Assembly (NCBI GenBank): GCA_018400955.1
Contig: JAGYLH010000004.1
Coordinates: 3,350-67,349, forward strand
Source: Bacteroidales bacterium
GTDB taxonomy: Bacteria; Bacteroidota; Bacteroidia; Bacteroidales; F082
DNA: 64,000 nt
Direction of reading: 5' to 3'
Of the stretch, positions 57,828 through 64,000 are shown one piece after another. Under the pieces are notes generated by a model. That model was not told where the DNA came from, did not search any database, and saw only the letters and a list, made by a program, of their open reading frames with translations. How positions within the stretch are numbered: the stretch's first letter is position 1; each line of letters begins with the position of its first letter. Position numbers and translations under genes: made by a program.

Positions 57828-58325
57828 ATGAAAAACGCACTTTACCTCCTTGCTGTTTTGGGTCTGCTTTTTAGCACCGCATGCAGCGATTGCAAAGAAG
57901 AAACAAAACAAATTGACGAAATTGCCAAGGTTGAAAACATACTGGAAAAATACTTAATTGCCAGCGAAAACCGCGACTTCCAAACCATTGAAAGTATTTG
58001 GGCGCCGGGCGACAGTATTATGTTGTTTGGCACCGATTCACATGAAAAACTAATGGGTTGGCAAAGCATACGGAATGCTTTTCGCAAGCAGTTCAATACA
58101 ATAAGCAACACCTATATTTCGATCAGCGACCGCTACATCAAAATCAATTGCTCCAATAACACTGCTTGGTTTGCCATCATTATGAATTATAATTTTATCC
58201 ACAACGATGTGGCCCACAGTTTTGAGGGTGTAAGATTTACAGGGGTGCTTGAAAAGCAGGACGAAAAATGGCTGATGGTACAGGGGCACCTTTCCTTGCC
58301 GGCCAACCTGAATATTGGCAAATAA
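57828..58325 (+). CDS. SnoaL/DUF4440-like (NTF2-fold) lipoprotein
   Basis: ATG 57828 gives the lipoprotein signal MKNALYLLAVLGLLFSTAC. IESIWAPGDSIMLFGTD...GWQSIRNAF...AWFAIIMNYNF...FTGVLEKQDEKWLMVQGHLS has an NTF2-like pattern. Confidence 0.55.
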   Translation: MKNALYLLAVLGLLFSTACSDCKEETKQIDEIAKVENILEKYLIASENRDFQTIESIWAPGDSIMLFGTDSHEKLMGWQSIRNAFRKQFNTISNTYISISDRYIKINCSNNTAWFAIIMNYNFIHNDVAHSFEGVRFTGVLEKQDEKWLMVQGHLSLPANLNIGK

Positions 58326-58429
58326 GTGCAGGGACCTTTATCCTTATCTTTGCCCGTTGTTTCAATACCACTTCTTCAAATTGTAAGGTGTTGTTACAGG
58401 CTTATTATGAACCCAAATGCTCTTTACCC

Positions 58430-59233
58430 ATGCGTCTAGTTTTAATTTTTGGCATTTTATTTTTATTGATGTCGTGCCAATCCCCTCCCGAACAAAAGCA
58501 AAGTACACAGGAGGAACAGGCACCAACCCCCAACCCCCAAACAGTTCCACTGAGCGAAGTGCCAAACGCCGAACGCCCAACGCCCAACGTTTACACTGAG
58601 CGCAGCCGAAGTGCCCAACACCAAACTATACAACCTGATACGGTTTCGCAACAAGAAGAGGTTTCGCTAAGAGACCTGTTGAGCCCAAAGCAAGGCTTCG
58701 ACAGCCTTGGCTATGAAGCCTATTTGAAAGCAAGCGAAGCTGTGAAAAAAATGCAGCAAGGCCAGCTGGATGAAGCCATTGCCTTGTTTAAAGCATCGCT
58801 TGAACTCAAGCCCGATGTTCAAAAAAACATGTACAACATCGCTTCGGCCTATTACCAGTTGGAAGATTATGGGCAAGCCCTCACATGGTTTAACCAAGCT
58901 GTTGACCACGACCCTGCCGATACGGCTTCTTTGGTTACCATCGGTTTGATTCACTACAACCAGGGGCGAATGCAGCAGTCAATTGGTTATTTTGATAAGG
59001 CCCTCGAATTGGATACCAATTTGTTTCAAATGTGGTACAACCGCGGAACTGCCTATGGACGACTGGAGAATTATGACAAGGCCATTGCCGATCTCAGCCG
59101 CGCCATCGAACTCAATCCCGACCACGGCAACTCTTGCTTGAACAGGGGGTGGCTTACCATTTGGCCAAAACGGAAGCATGCGCTGATTGTAAAGGCGACG
59201 CAGCTTGGTGTTGCTGCTGCGACGATGATTTGA
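58430..59233 (+). CDS. TPR-repeat lipoprotein (possible hidden compensating frameshifts near the C-terminus)
   Basis: ATG 58430 gives MRLVLIFGILFLLMSC. A Pro/Gln-rich linker is followed by TPR units (YNIASAYYQLEDYGQALTWFNQAVDHDP, WYNRGTAYGRLENYDKAIADLSRAIELNPD). Confidence 0.75.
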   Translation: MRLVLIFGILFLLMSCQSPPEQKQSTQEEQAPTPNPQTVPLSEVPNAERPTPNVYTERSRSAQHQTIQPDTVSQQEEVSLRDLLSPKQGFDSLGYEAYLKASEAVKKMQQGQLDEAIALFKASLELKPDVQKNMYNIASAYYQLEDYGQALTWFNQAVDHDPADTASLVTIGLIHYNQGRMQQSIGYFDKALELDTNLFQMWYNRGTAYGRLENYDKAIADLSRAIELNPDHGNSCLNRGWLTIWPKRKHALIVKATQLGVAAATMI

Positions 59234-59280
59234 CGTTTTTGTAGGTAGTTTTTTGTCTGGTTAAGTTACCCTATATCGCT

Positions 59281-59909
59281 TCAAAGCTTCTCGTCTGCTA
59301 AGGCCTGACAAAGGGCGTTTTTCAACAAAGTTTTGGCATCAGCATTTTGTGCAGGCATATTAACAGCGCCCCACCCAATGGCTTTCGAATAAAGAATTCC
59401 TTTTCAGGTGACAACCTGCTCACAAAATGGAAAAGCAAGGATTTCACATCCATTATCCGTTTTGTATTTGAGTTGGAAAGCAGGCAGGCCCTTTGCGGCT
59501 GAAATTTCCCGAATCCATCCATCGGGCAAGGTGGGGTCGCGCAATTGGAAACGCTTTAAATGATTGCCCACAAGGTAGGCGCACATCTGGTCGATTGTGT
59601 CCCACCACGATTTGTTAAGCATCATCCATTCAAATGACTCAATAGTTTTTTCAGGAGGGCATTTTTGGATGCGCTTTTCCAACACTTCATGGCAGCATAT
59701 TGAAAATCGCGCTGCGGTTGTGCCCAGGCGTTTTTTACAAACATCAAAGCGCTGAAATTTCAGGTATGCCCATGAATTTTCCAGAAAAAATCAGTCAACA
59801 ACTCTTGTCCCTTTTCTGCGATTTGATGCCATAAAATGGGCTGATATGTGCTTCTATCTAGGCTTGGTAGCCACGGGCAATGTTGTCATCGGCAAACTTT
59901 AAAATTCAT
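59281..59909 (-). pseudogene. DNA alkylation repair (AlkD-like HEAT-repeat) protein gene, multiply frameshifted
   Basis: Fragments in different frames: FYGIKS.., EFEWMMLNKSWWDTIDQMCAYLVGNHL, LPAFQLKYKTD, EKEFFIRK + AIGWGA... The overall length of about 210 codons fits the family. Confidence 0.6.
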
Positions 59910-59941
59910 GCAATGGGAGCCAATAGGGAGCGGTAAATCAC

Positions 59942-60389
59942 TCATTGCACATTATATTTAGCCTTCTTGAGATCATAGTCAGATTTGCGGTTGGGCTGCT
60001 GTATCAATTTTAGTACACTTGCCAGCATGATTGAATCCATGTTCGGTGAAAACGTAGAGTTAAAATTTTCTGTGTTCCCTCGTTTATCTTCTAAGGTCGC
60101 ATTTTGCGATCTTAAACCTGATTTTCTAAGGTCACAATTTGTGATGTAAAATTCATCTCCGCAGTGCCCATTTGAGCCTCAAGGATTTTCATATTCTTCA
60201 ACCAATAGTTGAAATCGAAACGGGGGCAAACCCACACTATGACTTTTCTTTTAACCGCCTGATTAAAAACCTGGTTTCAACACCATAAATCTCAGCAAGG
60301 TCGCTATCAAGCATAACCTTTTGATCCCCTGATGATATAAATCCTGTTAACAAAGGCTGGCTTCTGGATATCTGATTTTCTTTTGTCAT
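59942..60389 (-). pseudogene. ORF6N (KilA-N-related) domain protein gene, multiply frameshifted
   Basis: Across frames: IYIIRG / QKVMLDSDLAEIYGVETR / LNQAVKRK... / FTSQIVTL / LRSQNATL / MLASVLK. These are the hallmark ORF6N motifs (KVMLDSDLAxLYGVETKxLNQAVKRN). Confidence 0.62.
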
Positions 60390-60480
60390 CCAGTAATAAA
60401 TTTAAAAGGATGTTTTTATTTTAAGACCAATTTTCGAAAAGAGGGCGAAAGAAGCTCGCTGTGATCGGAAACAAGACCGA

Positions 60481-62812
60481 TCATTGCACAACAAATTTTG
60501 CCTTTATGGACATCCCCGGTCATCAAAAAGCTCGGCAATATACAGCCCTTTTCCAATGCCGGGTTCGATTTTTAGCGAGCTATCCTCAATCTGGCTGTTG
60601 AAAACCATGCTGCCATTGCTGTCAACAACCTGCAATTTTCCACTTCGCCTGCTGTACTTCCCAGTTGAGGTTACTGCCTCGGTTGCCAGTTGGAAAGGCC
60701 TGCATCAAATTGAATTCCAAGGTACAGCCTGGCCTTTGGGGCCTACCTGGGTGTCCCAAACGGCCAAAGTGTATTGGCCAGGAAGCAGCTCATCAGCAAA
60801 ATAAAACCGATATTCCACAGGCCTTTTGCCTGAACTGCAGGCTATGGTGCCAGTCAACACCGGGGTAGAGGCCGGTAAACTTCGCTACCGAATCGCTGGC
60901 TGAGGTAATCAGGCTTAATTATGAGTGGCTTAAGGTGCTGTAGAAAAAACGACCACGCATTTACGGAGGTGCCTTCCGGAATAATGCCCTTGCACCTCCC
61001 AATAGCGGTAGTCGGACAAAGCGAATCCCTCAACAGCCTCTTATAGGATCCAGCAGAGTAACTGATGCGTAAAGCGCACAAGGCAGAATCTGCAATCTCG
61101 TCCACAAACAATTTGAAATACGGTTTTGAATAAACATATTCCTGTTTCAGTATATACGTAATCTTCATCTGTGGTGGCATCACAGCTTTTGTCTCCTAAT
61201 AATCGGCCATCACCAAGGGGATCAAAATCAAACAACTTAATCAGTCTCCGGTTGCCCGCTCAATGCACCGTATCGGATTGCATTTGCCAGTCGGCATCCC
61301 ATAAAGTAATTTCAGGATGTTGTTGTTCTAAAAAATCAACCCCTTTGTATTTCTATTTCAAATAAATATGTCATTTCAAATTGATTGCCTTGCCGGAATG
61401 ACTTTATGCTGATCGAAAAATGGGGGGTGCGGGGGTGAATACGATGACTTCAAAAAGGCCCATATCTATGCCGGTATAATCGGAAAGAAATCGCGCAGTA
61501 TCTTCAGAGGAGAGCATACGAAAAAGCAAAAGCCTCCAGATAGGCTTCAATGGCATCAAAAAGACCTCTTCACCCAGGTAATTCATCAGGGTGTACCACC
61601 GTTGCCTTTGTTGTAAAACCGTTTTGCCATAAACATATTCGGTGGGCACACCAGACAGGGCAGGTAAGAGGGCCATCGGTGATATGTGCGTCGCGCAATG
61701 CGCTGAAATGGTTTTCGCCGAACAGCATCGCGATGGCGCTGGCACACTCTGGTGTTTTTGTAGTAATACTGACTAAAAATTGGCCGCCTTTAAATTGAAC
61801 TATATCGCCTTCGGTGGCACAGGTTACCTTGTTGCCAAACCACATATGCGACAACTGTGCACCAGCAGCTCTTCACTAATCCCGGGTTGCCATTGATGTA
61901 CGCGAAGTGGGGATAGGCAATATTTGTAACATGTTCCATAGCACCGATGGCTGTTCCGGTGTAGCCAATCCTTTCCCATGGATAGGGTGTCAGCTTGTTT
62001 TCAAAATCCTGCATTACTTCATGAAGATGGATAAAAGAGCCGGCAACCTTATTGGTGTCGGCAGGCCGGGTGTAAACAGTAACCGGGATATCCTGCTCAA
62101 TACCGGCGTAAGTATCGGCATTCAGCACATAATGGCCGGCTGCCACCGATGCCAGGTAAGTAGGTATTGGCTGCGACAAGCTCCAATGCCAGGTGAATGT
62201 TCCATCTTCATTGTCGATGGTATCCAAGAGCAAACCACCGGCAATACCAGTCATGCCTTCGGGTAAAGTAACCAACACTTCATAAGTGGCACGGTCCTTA
62301 AAATCGTCCACACACGGAAACCAGGCTTTGCCCAGGTTGTGCGGATTGCTTTCGAAGCCCACACCCAGGTTGAAGGCATAATTTCCCGAAAAATGAAACC
62401 CGCCCCAGCCTTCGCTGAAAGGAGCACCCCCATAAAAAATGGTAATGGAAAGTGTGTCGTCCGGGCCATAAGTTTGGCCGTCAGTCACGCGCACAACATC
62501 CGCTTGTTGGTAAAAATCTGTTGTTTTTAGGTCATTGATAAAAACACTGTCAACTACCAAAGCTTTGAGCTCAAGTGGAATATAATATAGCTCAAGCTTG
62601 GGGATCAGGTTGATCGTGGTATTAGCCTGGATGGTCTTTGCTGAAAAATTTATATCGGTAAGGTGTATGCGATAATGCAAGGCATCAACGCTGTCGGCTA
62701 CCACCGAGCGACCGAAAGCATGCTTGTGGTTGCACATTGTTTGAGAAAAAAGTGGAAACGCAAAAGTTAAAACCAGCAATCCACTGAGCAATACCAGGAA
62801 AATCTTTTTCAT
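60481..62812 (-). pseudogene. M1-family metallopeptidase with T9SS C-terminal sorting domain, heavily frameshifted in its C-terminal two thirds
   Basis: The intact N-terminal 330 aa has a signal peptide and GAMEH (GAMEN-type exopeptidase motif). The HExxH is split: EELLVH in one frame, LSHMWFGNKVTCATEGDI in another, restored by one inserted base near 61863. The 3' end encodes, across four frames, a CTD (...KLQVVDSNGSMVFNSQIEDSSLKIEPGIGKGLYIAELFDD / IKAKFVVQ*). Confidence 0.72.
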
Positions 62813-63057
62813 AGATAGGGGAATTAGCCGGTAAAATTAGCGGATAAAATACAGAATGACAAGATTGAATTGATTACTTTTGGCGCAAAACCGTACAGTG
62901 CTGTTCAAATACGAACAATCGTTGTTGGTATGCGGACACAATTTTATTCTTTACTCCTAGTCACATTGCAGATAAGTGTCTTTATATCAATATTATGTGA
63001 ATGTGGCACGTTTTTAGATGAGGCATTGTCAATGTTTTTTTTAAATGTATAAAACCT

Positions 63058-64000
63058 ATGAACACACACAGCCAGGATTTTAACAAGCCTTTGCGCTTTA
63101 TTACGCTAATTTCGATTTTGCTGCTCATTATTTCGGGAAGTATTTATGCCCAGAAACAATGGACACTTGAAGAATGTATCAACCATGCTTTGGAGCACAA
63201 TATACGCATCAAGCAAAGTGTGCTCGAAGTGGAAAGTGGCGAAATAAACTTACTCGAAAGCAAGTTGAATATGCTGCCTTCGCTCAATGCCGGAGCTTCG
63301 CATTCGTTTGGGTGGGGTCGCTCGGTCGACATGGCCACTTATCAATATGTTGACCAGCAAACCCAGCAAAGCTATTTCAATATGAGTTCGGAATTTACGC
63401 TTTTCTCTGGTTTGCAAAAGCACAACACCATGAAGCAAAGGCGGGCCGATTATATGGCATCCAAGTACAATGCAGATAAAATGCGCAATGATATTTCGCT
63501 CACTGTGGCGGGCTATTACCTGCAGATTTTATTCAGTCAGGAATTGCTGAACAATGTGCGCAATCAACTAGATGTAACCCAACAGCAAATTGCACGCACC
63601 CAGCGGCTTGTCGAAGCGGGTACTTTGCCCCGGGGCAGCCTGCTCGAAATTCAGGCACAGGGTGCCAGCGAAGAGGTAAATGTGGTGAATGCCGAAAACC
63701 AACTCAACCTGGCTTACCTCGACCTTTTACAATTGCTCGAATTGCCGGCTTCAACTGAATTTGACATTGATGTGCCCGAACTTAGTGTAAAAGAATCGCC
63801 GCAATTGCTGCCCGTGCAAACAATCTACAACACAGCCCTCGACGTGATGCCTGAAATTAAAAGTGCTGAATACAATGTGCTAAGCAGCGAACATGCTTTG
63901 GCTGTTGCCAAGGGTGCACGTTTGCCCAGTTTGGGCATGTCGGCAGCCATCGGTACCAATTATTCAGATCAGATCAGATTGAGCAACAACCCACTTGACC
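63058..64000 (+). CDS. TolC-family outer membrane efflux protein; 3' end outside the window
   Basis: Open frame from ATG 63058 to the window end; it is not in the ORF track because it has no stop. Signal peptide ...ISILLLIISGSIYAQ, then WTLEECINHALEHNIRIKQ and coiled LNLAYLDLLQLLELP repeats typical of OEP/TolC proteins. Confidence 0.85.
   Translation, partial: MNTHSQDFNKPLRFITLISILLLIISGSIYAQKQWTLEECINHALEHNIRIKQSVLEVESGEINLLESKLNMLPSLNAGASHSFGWGRSVDMATYQYVDQQTQQSYFNMSSEFTLFSGLQKHNTMKQRRADYMASKYNADKMRNDISLTVAGYYLQILFSQELLNNVRNQLDVTQQQIARTQRLVEAGTLPRGSLLEIQAQGASEEVNVVNAENQLNLAYLDLLQLLELPASTEFDIDVPELSVKESPQLLPVQTIYNTALDVMPEIKSAEYNVLSSEHALAVAKGARLPSLGMSAAIGTNYSDQIRLSNNPLD

Noticed and set aside
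58535-58625. Short DNA repeats (actgagcg..gtgcc(c)aac, cgcccaacgcccaacg) that look like a repeat element.
   Set aside because: They lie inside the Pro/Gln/Glu-rich low-complexity linker right after the lipoprotein signal of the TPR gene. They stay in frame and are too short and imperfect to call a REP- or MITE-like element.
59942-60389. The ORF6N remnant might be a marker of a prophage, ICE or genomic island.
   Set aside because: No integrase, transposase, relaxase, phage structural gene, tRNA target or direct repeats were seen in the flanks. A single KilA-N-type relic is insufficient to call a mobile element.
62875-62882. TACTTTTG -7-like box upstream of the TolC-family gene.
   Set aside because: It lies 176 nt from ATG 63058, so the match may be chance in AT-rich DNA. 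It is not listed as a feature.
1-64000. Search for CRISPR arrays, tandem repeats, rRNA/tRNA genes and IS elements.
   Set aside because: Coding density leaves only short intergenic gaps. None of the gaps I read contains spaced direct repeats, cloverleaf-like sequences or terminal inverted repeats. This is a by-eye scan, so small RNAs cannot be excluded.

Overview
This 64-kb chromosomal segment reads as Bacteroidota. The evidence is an ECF-sigma/anti-sigma/SusC/SusD locus, four proteins ending in T9SS C-terminal sorting domains, TAnnTTTG -7 boxes upstream of several genes, and an atpBEFHAG operon without atpDC. I call about 50 protein genes. I recognised no rRNA, tRNA, CRISPR array, transposase or integrase.

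Gene order, left to right:
- 5'-truncated MacB-type permease
- Cache/PAS hybrid kinase
- LiaF-like / His-kinase / LytTR module
- orphan 2Fe-2S ferredoxin
- regulator-headed LolCDE-like ABC + LolA-like + beta-barrel operon
- TonB-dependent-like barrel
- tiny secreted Gly/Lys-rich protein
- Kelch-like T9SS protein
- two translationally coupled hybrid kinases
- ECF/FecR/SusC/SusD locus with cleaved-adhesin-like surface proteins and two S51 (cyanophycinase-family) peptidases
- PspC mini-protein
- dnaG
- LRR protein
- tightly overlapped TonB receptor-MFS-hemN-hemY-hemH operon
- DUF429-like / flavin reductase / ferritin
- F-ATPase operon
- two lipoproteins
- three broken genes (AlkD-like, ORF6N, M1 peptidase)
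- 3'-truncated TolC-family gene

Most interesting candidates:
1. The ABC + LolA-like carrier + dedicated barrel operon, which has no membrane-fusion protein.
2. The importer genes fused to the last three haem-synthesis steps.
3. A SusCD locus with no CAZyme, flanked only by S51 peptidases, one of which is a T9SS-secreted tandem form.

Major caveat: eleven genes carry frame disruptions. Every disruption I could resolve at nucleotide level is a 1-nt deletion, mostly in a homopolymer. Many of the 'pseudogenes' are therefore probably sequencing or assembly artefacts, concentrated in patches at 29.8-31.0, 48.7-49.3 and 59.1-61.9 kb.

All family assignments come from motif recognition by eye, not from database searches.
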